Of a DNA stretch of 64,000 bases, positions 29,526-40,457 are shown one piece after another. How positions within the stretch are numbered: the first letter of the stretch is position 1; each line of letters opens with the position of its first letter. The translations under genes and the position numbers were made by a program. The notes beneath the pieces were generated by a model that was given only the letters and a program-made list of their open reading frames with translations, did no database searches and was not told where the DNA came from. The stretch is from assembly GCA_001983555.1 (NCBI GenBank), contig LJHE01000074.1, positions 17,384-81,383 on the forward strand, read 5' to 3'. Origin of the DNA: Candidatus Epulonipiscioides gigas. Its GTDB lineage: Bacteria > Bacillota > Clostridia > Lachnospirales > Cellulosilyticaceae.

Positions 29526-30002
29526 TTAAATTTCTATTTTAAGCACTTTATACCTATCTATACCTACTGTAGTTTCAACATCTACAATATCGCCTTCTTT
29601 TTTTCCAAGAATAGCAGCTCCAACAGGAGATTCATTTGATATTTTTCCATTTAATGGGTCTGCTTCTGTCGAACCTACTATCAGATATTCAACTTCCTCT
29701 TCAAAAGCTTCGTCCCATAAAGTCACTCTATGACCTGGTTTTATAATGTCAGTTCTTTCGTCATCTGCATCAATTACAGTAACATTTTTAAGCATTTTTT
29801 CAATTTCCACTATTCTAGTTTCAATTTCTGCTTGTCTATCTTTTGCAGCATCATATTCTGCATTTTCTGATAAATCACCTTGTGCTCTTGCCTCTTTTAA
29901 ATCTTCTGCAACTTTATTTCTTTCAACAGTTTTTAATGTTTCTAATTCGCTTTCTAAATTTAAAACGCCTTCTTTTGTAAGGAGTACTTGTTTTTGTGCC
30001 AT
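29526..30002 (-). CDS. greA: Transcription elongation factor GreA
   Basis: 158 aa with an N-terminal coiled coil and a C-terminal FKBP-like domain. Lies upstream of lysS as in many Firmicutes. Confidence 0.9.
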   Translation of the reverse strand: MAQKQVLLTKEGVLNLESELETLKTVERNKVAEDLKEARAQGDLSENAEYDAAKDRQAEIETRIVEIEKMLKNVTVIDADDERTDIIKPGHRVTLWDEAFEEEVEYLIVGSTEADPLNGKISNESPVGAAILGKKEGDIVDVETTVGIDRYKVLKIEI

Positions 30003-30214
30003 TTAAATCCTTCCCTTCTTAGACAAATTCTATACAATAATTGATAAATTTTTATAAATATCTCGGTTCAAACCTAGATATTTATAAAGTATAAACTAGC
30101 ACATATTACTTGTCAACTTCAAGAATTATTAATAAGATAGAAAATATATTAAAAAATTAATAACAGAAAACCCTGAATTTTTGGGGTAAAAATAATTAAT
30201 TATATTGTCAATAA

Positions 30215-30256
30215 AAAGTACATTAAATAAAAGGGACACTTTAAATCGCGTCCCTT
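30215..30256 (-). terminator. Terminator of the hydrolase gene
   Basis: agggac...gtccct stem. On the minus strand a U-rich tract follows. Confidence 0.45.
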
Positions 30257-30282
30257 AAAAAACAGTATATTTTTCTGTATAA

Positions 30283-31653
30283 TTAATTTACGTTTTCACT
30301 TACAAAAAGAGCTATATCATCTATAACTTGCTCGCTAACAGAGCTTTTTGCTTGATAATCTGTAATGTCTTTTGCTCCTGAAGTAGGCATCATCAAATGA
30401 TTTAAATTATCATATAAATTAAATGTGACATTTTCTTTATCTTTTAAAACTTCTTTCCATAATTTAAAATCAGTATCTGATTTAATCTGAAAATCTGCAC
30501 TACCTTGTAAAACTAATATAGGAACATCTACATCATTAATAAAATTTATTCCTGCTAATTCTTTTGCAGACTTCTGATAACCTGCATGGATACCAAGTAA
30601 TATTTCGTCATTAGGCACATCACTAAAATCAGCTCTTAAAATTTCTATATCTTTCTCAACTTGTTTCATTTGAGCTTTAAATTGATTTTCTATGGATTCT
30701 TCTAGCTCTATTGTTTCAATATATGTTTCCATATCTTTATTTTGAGCATAAGATACTTCATACACAGGCTCCAATGTACCAGCTATAGAAATGATTCCTG
30801 CAATACCTTGATTTTCAACTGCAATAACTGGAGTAAGACCTCCACCAAGAGAGTGACCAAGTATAAATATAGAAGAAGGATTAATTCTTGTATCATTTTT
30901 TAACAAATCTATTGCTAAAGTTACATCGTCTAAAACTTCTTCTCGTATTGTCACATCAGCTCCTAATTCTGCCATTTCATTTGGATACACAAATGTCCTT
31001 TTGTCGTATCTTAATGTAGCAATTCCTTCTGAGGCAAGCCCATGAGCAATATCTTTAAAAGGAGCATTTTGATATACTGTAGAATTTTTATCATTTGGCC
31101 CTGAGCCATGCACCATTAAAACAACAGGTGGATTAGAAATATCTTTAGGCAAAGTCAATATAGCATCAAGTGGCATTGTATCTCCAATCTTAACACTGAC
31201 TTCTTCAAATAATTCATTTGAAGCTAAAGTTTGATTTATAGGAACATAATTTAAATAAAGTCCTGATATTTCTTTTTTGTTATTAAAAGCTATTGTAACT
31301 ATAAGACCATTGTTTTCATATTCATGAACAATCTCAGCTACATAATTTTGATCTACAATATTATCTACTTCTGAGTAAAATCCTATATGCTTACCAAGAG
31401 AACCAGTTATGCTCTCAACTGTTGTTTTTAAAGTTGCTTCATCAAATCCTTTTTTCATTTCTGGAGTAAATAATTTCACAACTTCATTATAGTTACCAGT
31501 TAACAAATTTTCTGTTTGCTCTTTAGCAATAATTGATAATTCCTCTTCATTAAGTTCTACAATTGTAGTGTTAATATCATTGTCACTATGCTTATTACAA
31601 CCGATAAGCGTAACAGACAAAATACAAAAAATAACTCCTATAAAGTTTTTCAT
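30283..31653 (-). CDS. Secreted lipoprotein of the alpha/beta-hydrolase fold
   Basis: Lipobox (..VTLIGC), a GHSLGG nucleophile elbow and a C-terminal Asp/His. Confidence 0.7.
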   Translation of the reverse strand: MKNFIGVIFCILSVTLIGCNKHSDNDINTTIVELNEEELSIIAKEQTENLLTGNYNEVVKLFTPEMKKGFDEATLKTTVESITGSLGKHIGFYSEVDNIVDQNYVAEIVHEYENNGLIVTIAFNNKKEISGLYLNYVPINQTLASNELFEEVSVKIGDTMPLDAILTLPKDISNPPVVLMVHGSGPNDKNSTVYQNAPFKDIAHGLASEGIATLRYDKRTFVYPNEMAELGADVTIREEVLDDVTLAIDLLKNDTRINPSSIFILGHSLGGGLTPVIAVENQGIAGIISIAGTLEPVYEVSYAQNKDMETYIETIELEESIENQFKAQMKQVEKDIEILRADFSDVPNDEILLGIHAGYQKSAKELAGINFINDVDVPILVLQGSADFQIKSDTDFKLWKEVLKDKENVTFNLYDNLNHLMMPTSGAKDITDYQAKSSVSEQVIDDIALFVSENVN

Positions 31654-31680
31654 TTATATGTCCCTTTTCTAGTTAAAATA

Positions 31681-32523
31681 TTAGTTTTCTTTCTTTGCAA
31701 ACACATAGTGAATTAGATAGTATAAAGTTCCAATTATAAATCCACCCAAAATATTGCCGAGCATTACAGGAACACCATTATGAACTAAAAAATCCATCCA
31801 ATTTATATGATCTAGTTTTTCTTGTGTAATACCAGCCGCCATTGCTAATTCAACAAGTTCTGGTTTAGTTTTTGCAAAAATAGCAACAGGAATATAATAC
31901 ATGTTAGCTACTATATGCTCTGAAGCACTAATTGCAAATGCACTAATTGAGAAAAATCCAGCAAGAACTCTTCCTGCCACATCTTTTGCTCCATACATCA
32001 TAATCATTCCAGAGCATACAAAAAGATTACAAATAATTCCTAAATAAAAAGCTTCTGTAAAATGTAGAGAAGTTTTTCCAGCTGCAGTTTTGAATACATA
32101 GTAAGCAAATTTATCACTCATAGCAAATAAGCCGGAATTTGCTTGTAAAAACGCTATAAAAACAGCTCCAATAAAGTTTCCACATAATACAATAGTGAGA
32201 TTTATAACAAGATTTACAACAGTTGTCTTTTTTTCGTATACGCTCATTAAGACTAAACAGTTACCTGTAAATAGGTCTGCTCCATTTATAACAACAAACA
32301 TTAATCCTACCGGAAATACAAGACCTGTTACAAGTTTGACCATTCCAACATTTGATAAGCCATGAGCTGCAGTTGATGATGCAAGTGCTCCCATAGCAAT
32401 ATAAATTCCAGCTAATATAGCCATAGTAAAAATTTCTAAAAATGGACGTTTTACTTTTGCTATACCTGCTTCAATAGTATAAGCTGAAATCTCTTTCGAC
32501 GTTAAATAATTTTTTTCTGCCAA
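31681..32523 (-). CDS. Formate/nitrite transporter (FNT) family channel
   Basis: 280 aa with 6 TM and FNT signatures (..INGADLFTGN.. / ..ANMYYIP..). Confidence 0.8.
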   Translation of the reverse strand: MAEKNYLTSKEISAYTIEAGIAKVKRPFLEIFTMAILAGIYIAMGALASSTAAHGLSNVGMVKLVTGLVFPVGLMFVVINGADLFTGNCLVLMSVYEKKTTVVNLVINLTIVLCGNFIGAVFIAFLQANSGLFAMSDKFAYYVFKTAAGKTSLHFTEAFYLGIICNLFVCSGMIMMYGAKDVAGRVLAGFFSISAFAISASEHIVANMYYIPVAIFAKTKPELVELAMAAGITQEKLDHINWMDFLVHNGVPVMLGNILGGFIIGTLYYLIHYVFAKKEN

Positions 32524-32541
32524 CTTTTACAACTCCTTAAT

Positions 32542-34677
32542 TTATAAATTTTTCATTGATAAACCAATTTTTTTAGTTTTAGTATCTACAGTTATTACGC
32601 ATACATCTACAATATCTCCAACTTTTACGACATCAAGAGGGTGTTTAATATAACGGTTTGCCAATTGAGATAAATGCACAAGACCATCATGATGGACTCC
32701 AATATCAACAAAAGCTCCGAAGTCAACTATATTTCTAATAGTTCCTTTTAGTTTCATGCCAATTTTTAAATCCTCTATTTCTAACACTTCACTGTGTAGA
32801 ATGGGACTTGGCATATCTTCACGTGGATCACGACCGGGTTTTTCAAGCTCTGTTATTATATCTATTAAAGTCATCTCACCAATTTGAAGTTTATCTGCAA
32901 GTTCTTTCGTGTCTACGACTTTATTTTTTATTCCTTGAAAAGATAAAGCTGTTTTATCAAAGCCGAGCATTTCTATTAATTTTGTTGCAACCGTATATGA
33001 TTCTGGATGAACACCAGTTTTATCTAGGAAATTTGCTCCATCTGTAATTCGTAAAAATCCAGCACATTGTTCAAACATCTTTGGTCCTAGACCTTTAACT
33101 TTTTTTATTTCAGAGCGTGTTTTAAATGCACCATTTTCTTCACGATATACTATTATGTTTTCTGACACACTTTTTTTAATTCCAGCTACATATTGTAAAA
33201 GGGAGGGTGATGCTGTATTTATATCTACGCCAACTTCATTAACAGAACTTTCAACGACACCTTCAAGACTCTCTTCAAGCTTTTTTTGATTCATATCATG
33301 TTGATATTGTCCAACACCTATTGCTCTAGGCTCAATCTTTACAAGTTCAGCAAGTGGGTCTTGTAATCGTCTTGCAATTGATACAGCACTTCTTGTACCA
33401 ACATCATCGTTTGGAAATTCATGTGTAGCAAGTTTTGATGCAGAATATACAGATGCTCCAGCTTCATTTACAATTACGTAACTGATTTTTAAAGAATTTT
33501 CTTTTATCATATCAGCAACAACTTTTTCTGTTTCACGTGAAGCTGTACCATTTCCTATTGCTATCAATGTAATATTATGTTCTTTTATAAGTTTTAGAAG
33601 TATTTTTTTAGTTTTTTCTATTTCATTTTTAGGAATAGTTGGATATACAACTGTATTATCAAGCTTTTTCCCAGTTTTATCAATAACTGCAACTTTACAA
33701 CCTGTTCTAAATCCAGGATCAAGACCTAATACAGTGTGCCCTTTAATAGGTTTAATCATGAGCAATTGATACAAATTTTTCTTGAATACATCAATAGCTC
33801 CTTCTTGTGCTACATCTGTAAGAGCATTTCTTATATCTCGCTCAATTGATGGAGATATAAGACGTTTATAGCTATCCTGTATAGCATTTTGTAAAATTTC
33901 TCTTGTAGTACTATTCTCTAATATAATTTGTTTATATAAATAATTTAAAATCAAATCTGTGTCAATTTCAATTTTTACAGAAAGAACTTTTTCATTTTCA
34001 CCTCTGTTAAGAGCAAGCACTCTATGAGATGGAATTTTCTTAACTTCTTCCTCATAATCATAATACATTGTAAAAATTTCTTTTTCATCTTTAGTAACAT
34101 CTTTAACTTTAGTAACAATTTTTCCTTCATTAAAAGTAATATCTCTTATATATCCCCTATAAGTGGCATTGTCACTTATAAATTCAGCTATTATATCACT
34201 TGCTCCGTTCAATGCATCTTTTGGTGTTTCTACACCTTTTTCAGGGTCAACATAATTAATTGCAACTTCATCTATATTTGTTGTTTCTCCTAATAGAATA
34301 ATACCTGCTAATTCTTCAAGACCTTTTTCTTTTGCTATTGTTGCACGCGTTCGCTTTTTAGACTTATAAGGCATATATAAATCCTCGACAATAGTCAGAG
34401 TAGTGGCATTTTCAATTTCTTTTTGTAATTCTAATGTTAATTTTCCCTGTTCTTCTATTAGTCTTATAACTTGCTCTTTTCTACTTGCTAAATTTCTAAG
34501 ATAATTAAGCCTTTCATCAAAATTACGTAATATTTCGTCATCTAACCCACCAGTAAGTTCTTTTCGATATCGTGCGATAAATGGAATAGTGTTATCTTCA
34601 TCAATTAATTTAATTGTATTTTCAACTTGTTCCTTCCTTATGTTCAATTCATCGCTTAGTATTTCAATTATATTCAT
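32542..34677 (-). CDS. tex: Transcription accessory protein Tex (YqgF/HhH/S1 domains)
   Basis: 711 aa with a C-terminal S1 domain (..GMKLKGTIRNIVDFGAFVDIGVHHDGLVHLSQL..). Confidence 0.85.
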   Translation of the reverse strand: MNIIEILSDELNIRKEQVENTIKLIDEDNTIPFIARYRKELTGGLDDEILRNFDERLNYLRNLASRKEQVIRLIEEQGKLTLELQKEIENATTLTIVEDLYMPYKSKKRTRATIAKEKGLEELAGIILLGETTNIDEVAINYVDPEKGVETPKDALNGASDIIAEFISDNATYRGYIRDITFNEGKIVTKVKDVTKDEKEIFTMYYDYEEEVKKIPSHRVLALNRGENEKVLSVKIEIDTDLILNYLYKQIILENSTTREILQNAIQDSYKRLISPSIERDIRNALTDVAQEGAIDVFKKNLYQLLMIKPIKGHTVLGLDPGFRTGCKVAVIDKTGKKLDNTVVYPTIPKNEIEKTKKILLKLIKEHNITLIAIGNGTASRETEKVVADMIKENSLKISYVIVNEAGASVYSASKLATHEFPNDDVGTRSAVSIARRLQDPLAELVKIEPRAIGVGQYQHDMNQKKLEESLEGVVESSVNEVGVDINTASPSLLQYVAGIKKSVSENIIVYREENGAFKTRSEIKKVKGLGPKMFEQCAGFLRITDGANFLDKTGVHPESYTVATKLIEMLGFDKTALSFQGIKNKVVDTKELADKLQIGEMTLIDIITELEKPGRDPREDMPSPILHSEVLEIEDLKIGMKLKGTIRNIVDFGAFVDIGVHHDGLVHLSQLANRYIKHPLDVVKVGDIVDVCVITVDTKTKKIGLSMKNL

Positions 34678-34697
34678 ATTTTCTCCTTAATTAACTT

Positions 34698-34841
34698 TTA
34701 AAAATTTGCAAAAAATGCTCCCATTGAACCAAATATACTTAGTAACATAGATAGTACGAGCACAAGACTAACAAATGCTTGGATTTTTGGTCTGCGTTTA
34801 TTCATTCTTTCGTGGAAATTTAAATTACTATTCTTTTTCAT
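34698..34841 (-). CDS. Small 47-aa membrane protein missing from the ORF track (below its size cut-off)
   Basis: Strong SD GAGGAGGG 5 nt upstream of the ATG. Translation is MKKNSNLNFHERMNKRRPKIQAFVSLVLVLSMLLSIFGSMGAFFANF. The ORF overlaps the helicase stop. Confidence 0.4.
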   Translation of the reverse strand: MKKNSNLNFHERMNKRRPKIQAFVSLVLVLSMLLSIFGSMGAFFANF

Positions 34842-36837
34842 GGTTACCCTCCTCAAATTTAATTAACTTCTTTCTTAAACAAAATAAATAGTCGATATTT
34901 CTTACACCTAAAGAGAAAAAATTAACATAAGCTAAATTATCTTTTACATTTTCTATTATACCACTTCCATAGCGTTTATGTCTAATTTTATCACCAATAT
35001 TTATGGTAATTTCTTCACTTTCTATTTCTTCCAAGAAGGGGGAGGGTTTAACCTTCTTTTTGCTCATAATTTTAGGCACATAAATAGAAAGATGATTTTT
35101 TGCTCTAGTAAGAGCAACATACAATAACCGTCTTTCTTCTTCAATTTGTTCACGAGAGCTATTTTGCTCGTTTGGAATAACTTCGTCTACAGCATTTATT
35201 ATATATACATGCTCAAATTCAAGACCTTTTGCACTGTGCATAGTTGATAATGTTATGCCATCGTGAAATCCTTGATTTTGTTTTTCCTTGACTTTATCAG
35301 AAAAATTTTTAAGATTTTCTTCCCATTGCAAATAGTCATCAATATCTTTTGCATCATGGATTAGCTCTTCTAAAATATCATAAAAACTATCGGGCTTAAC
35401 TGTTAAATAAACAGTTGCATATGTTGTTAAATATTCTTCATATCCAATTACCTTTTTTATATATTCAATACCTTGAGCTACATTTTTATTTTTTAATTGA
35501 TTTAAATTATAATCTAATTTAACAAGTTTTTCTTGCTGCCAATCAGCTAATTCATTTTTTTTCATAAATTCTAAAAAAGAAATATTATCTTTTTTGATTT
35601 GCTCTATAATACTTTTCGATATATATCTATTAGGTTTATTTGCTATTCTTTTAAAAGATATTACATCTGATTTATCATAAGCTAGTTTAAAATAAGCTAA
35701 TATATCTTTTGTTATCCAATGATTGTACAAATCAGACATATTATTTCTCATTTTAAACGGAATATTTAAATTTAGAAATTGTTCAACATATGGTCTTGAT
35801 TCTTCATTATTTCTATAAATAATGGCAATATCAGAAAAATATGCTCCTTTATTTTTAATTAATTTTATGTCATTTATAATAGTTTTTACTTGTTCATTGC
35901 TATCTTTACAATAAATTACTTTTGGCAAAATTTTTTGAGTATTATTCGCTTTCATAACTTTGTTAAATCGATTATTATTATGCTTAATGAGATTGTTACT
36001 AATTTTTATAATTTCCATATTAGAACGATAATTAACATCTAATACTATTGTTTGTGTTCTTGGAAAATACTTTTTAAAATCAAGTAAAAATTTAGGATTT
36101 GCTCCTCTAAAAGCATAAATGCTCTGATCATCATCTCCAACTACAAATATTTCATCATTTTGTTGCTTGAGCAATAATAAAGCTTCAAATTGTGCAATAT
36201 TTATATCCTGAAATTCATCCACTAAAATATGAGTATATATTTTAGAAAAATATTCTCTTGCTTCTGGAGAATTTTTTAAAAGATAATAACACTCTACAAG
36301 CATATCATCGAAATCAAACAAATTTTGATTTTCTTTATAATTTTCATATTGTATAGCAATCTTTTCAAATATTTCTTTTGGAATTGTACTAGGATTATAT
36401 TTTTTAATACTGACAAGTACATTTTTCATTAGAGAATATTCACTCAAAAATAGTTCTACAAAATCCTCTATTTTTTCAGAATTTTGATTTTTATAAATTT
36501 TTTCTACAATCTTTTTTTTCTCAATTTCATCTAGTAAATTTGAGAGATTATATTTTATATTATCAAATGTTCTAAGCATTTTATAAAATATAGAATGAAA
36601 TGTTCCAAATGTAACTTGAGAATTATTATACTTTTTATTAAATCGAGAAGACATTTCAGTTGCTGCAGCTTTTGTAAATGTAATTACAAGAATATTTTTA
36701 GGATTAATATTAAGACTGTTAATCATATAATTTATTCTCTCAACAATTACAAATGTTTTTCCAGAACCAGGACCTGCAACAACCATAATTGGTCCATTAG
36801 GACTTGTTACCGCTAATTTTTGATTTTCATTTAACAT
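34828..36837 (-). CDS. UvrD/Rep/PcrA-family ATP-dependent DNA helicase
   Basis: Walker A AGPGSGKT and SF1 motifs (DEFQD, TFHS, VALTRAK). C-terminal extension. Confidence 0.8.
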   Translation of the reverse strand: MLNENQKLAVTSPNGPIMVVAGPGSGKTFVIVERINYMINSLNINPKNILVITFTKAAATEMSSRFNKKYNNSQVTFGTFHSIFYKMLRTFDNIKYNLSNLLDEIEKKKIVEKIYKNQNSEKIEDFVELFLSEYSLMKNVLVSIKKYNPSTIPKEIFEKIAIQYENYKENQNLFDFDDMLVECYYLLKNSPEAREYFSKIYTHILVDEFQDINIAQFEALLLLKQQNDEIFVVGDDDQSIYAFRGANPKFLLDFKKYFPRTQTIVLDVNYRSNMEIIKISNNLIKHNNNRFNKVMKANNTQKILPKVIYCKDSNEQVKTIINDIKLIKNKGAYFSDIAIIYRNNEESRPYVEQFLNLNIPFKMRNNMSDLYNHWITKDILAYFKLAYDKSDVISFKRIANKPNRYISKSIIEQIKKDNISFLEFMKKNELADWQQEKLVKLDYNLNQLKNKNVAQGIEYIKKVIGYEEYLTTYATVYLTVKPDSFYDILEELIHDAKDIDDYLQWEENLKNFSDKVKEKQNQGFHDGITLSTMHSAKGLEFEHVYIINAVDEVIPNEQNSSREQIEEERRLLYVALTRAKNHLSIYVPKIMSKKKVKPSPFLEEIESEEITINIGDKIRHKRYGSGIIENVKDNLAYVNFFSLGVRNIDYLFCLRKKLIKFEEGNHEKE

Positions 36838-36845
36838 TTTTCACC

Positions 36846-37523
36846 TTATTTTGTTTCATCAGGAAGATTTTTATATAAATTTAAAATTTCATATGGACAG
36901 CTTGTAATAAACATACATTGTTTACACTTTGGATTTCTTGCTGTACAAATATTTCTTCCATGAGCAATTACTTGCGTATTATATCTAATCCAATGATCTT
37001 TTGGCAAAAGATTCATTAAATCATATTCTATTTTTGTAGGGTCTTCATTTTTAGTAAGACCCCATCTATTGCTTATTCTTTTAACATGTGTATCAACTAC
37101 TATACTTGGAATTTTGTATATATTTCCAAGTATTACATTGGCTGTTTTTCGTCCGACTCCAGCTAATCTTATTAAATCCTCTATTTTATCTGGAACTTGA
37201 CCATTATATTCATTTACTATCATATTTGCTGTTTTTATAATATTTTGAGCTTTATTTTTATGAAAGCCTATGATTTTTATATCTTGTTGAAGCTCTTCTA
37301 AATCAGCATTTGCAAAACTTACTGTATCAGTATATTTTTTAAATAATGACTCTGTTACAACATTTACCCTATCATCTTTACATTGAGCACTTAAAATGGT
37401 TGCCACCAAAAGCTCAAAAGGAGTTGTGTAATTTAGATAGCATTTTATGTCTTTAGGATAAGAGATATCTAATATTTTTAAAATTTGTTTGGTATGTTCT
37501 TTAAGAGTCATAAATTTAACCAC
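36846..37523 (-). CDS. nth: Endonuclease III (Nth), HhH-GPD with a 4Fe-4S cluster
   Basis: LAGVGRKTANVIL...D and a C-terminal CxxxxxxCxxCxxxxxC (CTARNPKCKQCMFITSC). Confidence 0.85.
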   Translation of the reverse strand: MVKFMTLKEHTKQILKILDISYPKDIKCYLNYTTPFELLVATILSAQCKDDRVNVVTESLFKKYTDTVSFANADLEELQQDIKIIGFHKNKAQNIIKTANMIVNEYNGQVPDKIEDLIRLAGVGRKTANVILGNIYKIPSIVVDTHVKRISNRWGLTKNEDPTKIEYDLMNLLPKDHWIRYNTQVIAHGRNICTARNPKCKQCMFITSCPYEILNLYKNLPDETK

Positions 37524-39196
37524 CTTGCTTTATTTTTACCATATTCATAAAAAAAGACTATTGGAGCAGGTTCATCCAACAATTTTAAATTTTGAGCTAC
37601 ATTATATTTAAAATATTCAACTCGCATTATTCTATGACGTTGCTTTAAACTTAAGCATTCAACATTTAATTTTCGAGCTATTTCAACATCGTTTAATATT
37701 TGAACTATTTCTTCTTTAAAATTACTTTGGGTTATTGTAGAAAAGAGGGTAATATCTCCTTTTATATTTTCATGCAAGAGCCAATCAAATTTTATAAGTT
37801 CTTTTATTAAGTCTGAATTTATATTTTCATTTTGCAATGTAAATTTTAGCAATATAAAATAATAGTTTTCTTTTTTATGACTAATATTTGTATAATCATT
37901 TTGTTCCCAAAATTGAGCAAATTGCTCAAAAAAATCAAACGGAGAACTATATATATTAAATAAATAATTGAGTGTATTTTCAAATCGATTAGTATTATAA
38001 TACCTCTCTACTAGCTCACAAATTGTGTGTAAAATTAAAATGTCATTATAAGACATATAATTAGTTGATAATACTTCATATGGTGGACTAGATTTATATA
38101 TAATACCAAATTTTGTCGCATCTTTTTCCATTTGAGAGCCTTTTAAAACTTTTAAAAAGCCAACTTGCAGTTGCTCTGGTTTTAATAAAATAACATCATT
38201 AAAAGACATACCGAAAGAATTGTAATTTTCATATGGTAATCCTACAATCAAATCTAAATGCAAGTGTATATTGTTTAATTCTTTAATAGCTTTAACCACT
38301 TCACTTATTTTTTCAAATGACATTGGTCGATTAATAGCTTGTAATGTTTCTTTATTAGTAGTTTGTACACCTATTTCAAATTGCATAAGTCCAGCTCTTG
38401 CAGATTTTAAGAGCGTTAACATTTTATTAGTAATAAGCTCTGCTGCTATTTCAAAGTGAAAATTGGTTATATTATTATCATATTCTATAATATGTTTCCA
38501 AATTTCAAAAGCAAAATTTTTATTAGCATTAAATGTTCTATCAACAAATTTTACTTGTCTTATACCTTGTAATAAAAAATAATCTAAATCTTGAATTACT
38601 CTTTCAATAGGTAAAAAACGTATACCCTTTTCTATACTAGAAATACAATATGAGCAATTAAAAGGACATCCTCTACTTGCTTCATAATATATAATTTTGT
38701 GTTGAAATGGAGCAATTGTTTTGTAAACAAAAGGTAAGTTGGCAAGCTTTAACAATTCTTTTTTAGGATTCTTAATAATTTGATTATTTTCTTTATAAAT
38801 GATACCGCCTATTTCTGATAAATTTGTACCACCTAAATATTTTTTCCAAGTGAGTTCTCCTTCTCCTTCCATAATCATATCAATAGGGAGCACATCCAAC
38901 AAATATTCAGAGTTAAAACTAACTTCTGGCCCACCTAAAATAATTTTTATATTAGGTAAAATCTTTTTTATAGTTGGTATAATATTTTTAATATAACTTA
39001 TATTCCATATATAGCAAGAAAAGCCTATAATATCTGGGCTTTCCTTGTATATTTGATTAATTATTTGATTTTCTTCTTGATTTATACTAAATTCTAAAGT
39101 TTTTATGTTTGAATCATTGCAGTATTCTTTTATATAGTGTATTGCTAAATTTGAGTGAATATATTTTGCATTAATTGCAATTAATAGAGTTTTCAT
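37508..39196 (-). CDS. Class-B radical SAM protein with an N-terminal cobalamin-binding domain and a ~200-aa C-terminal extension (DUF4080-like); function unknown
   Basis: B12-binding-like N-terminus (..IIGFSCYIWN..ILGGPE..) and a radical SAM CPFNCSYC. Confidence 0.8.
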   Translation of the reverse strand: MKTLLIAINAKYIHSNLAIHYIKEYCNDSNIKTLEFSINQEENQIINQIYKESPDIIGFSCYIWNISYIKNIIPTIKKILPNIKIILGGPEVSFNSEYLLDVLPIDMIMEGEGELTWKKYLGGTNLSEIGGIIYKENNQIIKNPKKELLKLANLPFVYKTIAPFQHKIIYYEASRGCPFNCSYCISSIEKGIRFLPIERVIQDLDYFLLQGIRQVKFVDRTFNANKNFAFEIWKHIIEYDNNITNFHFEIAAELITNKMLTLLKSARAGLMQFEIGVQTTNKETLQAINRPMSFEKISEVVKAIKELNNIHLHLDLIVGLPYENYNSFGMSFNDVILLKPEQLQVGFLKVLKGSQMEKDATKFGIIYKSSPPYEVLSTNYMSYNDILILHTICELVERYYNTNRFENTLNYLFNIYSSPFDFFEQFAQFWEQNDYTNISHKKENYYFILLKFTLQNENINSDLIKELIKFDWLLHENIKGDITLFSTITQSNFKEEIVQILNDVEIARKLNVECLSLKQRHRIMRVEYFKYNVAQNLKLLDEPAPIVFFYEYGKNKARWLNL

Positions 39197-40457
39197 ATAT
39201 TATTTTTCCATTTACTAAAGTTTTTTCTATTACACCAAAGACTTCCATTCCATTAAAAGGCGTATTTTTTCCTTTAGATACAAAGTCTTTACTGTCTATT
39301 GTGTATTTTTTATTGACGTCTACGATTACAATATCAGCAATTTTTCCAACATCAATGTTTCCTTTGTCTATCTTAATTATATTAGCAGGTTTAGTTGACA
39401 TTTTTTCTATCAACTCAAGTGGTGATAAAATTCCAGTTTTTACGAGATATGTGTAACTTAAAGCAAAACTTGTTTCAAGTCCAACAATTCCAAATGGAGC
39501 AGCTTCAATAGGTTGTCTTTTTTCATCATAATGATGAGGAGCATGGTCAGTTGCTATATTATCTATTATTCCATTTTTTAGAGCCATTTTTATAGCTTCT
39601 ACATCATCTTTAGTTCTAAGTGGCGGGTTCATTTTTTTATTAGAATCATAATCAAAAAGTATACTATCATCTAATATAAAATAATGCGGAGCAGTTTCTG
39701 CTGTAATATTTATTCCAAAAGTTTTGCCAAAGCCAATTAATTCAACTCCACCTCTTGTACTAACATGACATATATGAATATGAGATTTTGTATATCTTGC
39801 AAGTATCATATCTCGAGCTATTATAATTTCTTCTGCCTCGCGCCCTAGTCCTTTTACACCAAATAATGTTGCATTTTCGCCAGCATTCATAGTTCCACCA
39901 ATTAAGTTCATATCTTCTGCATGCGAAAAAATTGGTAAATCAAAATCATTTGCATATATCATGGCTTTTTTCATTACAGATGAATTCATAACAGTTTTGC
40001 CATCATCACTTATAGCACAAATTCCTGCTTGTTTCATATTACCGATACTTGCTAATTCTTCACCTTTTTGACCTTTGGTAATTGCTCCAATTGGAATAAC
40101 ATTTACACCATTTGCACGTTTGGTCATAGTATTAACATATTCGACTATACATTCATTATCAATAACTGGTTCTGTATTTGGCATAGGGCAAATTGTCGTA
40201 ACACCACCTTTAGCTGCTGCCAGACAACCAGTTTCAATAGTTTCTTTATGTGTAAATCCAGGTTCTCTAAGATGTACATGAATATCAACTAATCCAGGCA
40301 TAACCCACTTTCCACTTGCATCAATTATTTCATAGCCTGAACTATCTTTTTCGCCAATAAATTCTACCTGTCCATTTTCTATATATAAATTTGTAATTTC
40401 TTCTAAATTAGTAGCAGGATTTAATACTAAACCACCTTGTATACATATTTTCATCAA
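39171..40457 (-). CDS. pyrC: Dihydroorotase
   Basis: DIHVHLREPG metal-binding motif. Lies next to pyrB. Confidence 0.85.
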   Translation of the reverse strand: MMKICIQGGLVLNPATNLEEITNLYIENGQVEFIGEKDSSGYEIIDASGKWVMPGLVDIHVHLREPGFTHKETIETGCLAAAKGGVTTICPMPNTEPVIDNECIVEYVNTMTKRANGVNVIPIGAITKGQKGEELASIGNMKQAGICAISDDGKTVMNSSVMKKAMIYANDFDLPIFSHAEDMNLIGGTMNAGENATLFGVKGLGREAEEIIIARDMILARYTKSHIHICHVSTRGGVELIGFGKTFGINITAETAPHYFILDDSILFDYDSNKKMNPPLRTKDDVEAIKMALKNGIIDNIATDHAPHHYDEKRQPIEAAPFGIVGLETSFALSYTYLVKTGILSPLELIEKMSTKPANIIKIDKGNIDVGKIADIVIVDVNKKYTIDSKDFVSKGKNTPFNGMEVFGVIEKTLVNGKIIYENSINCN

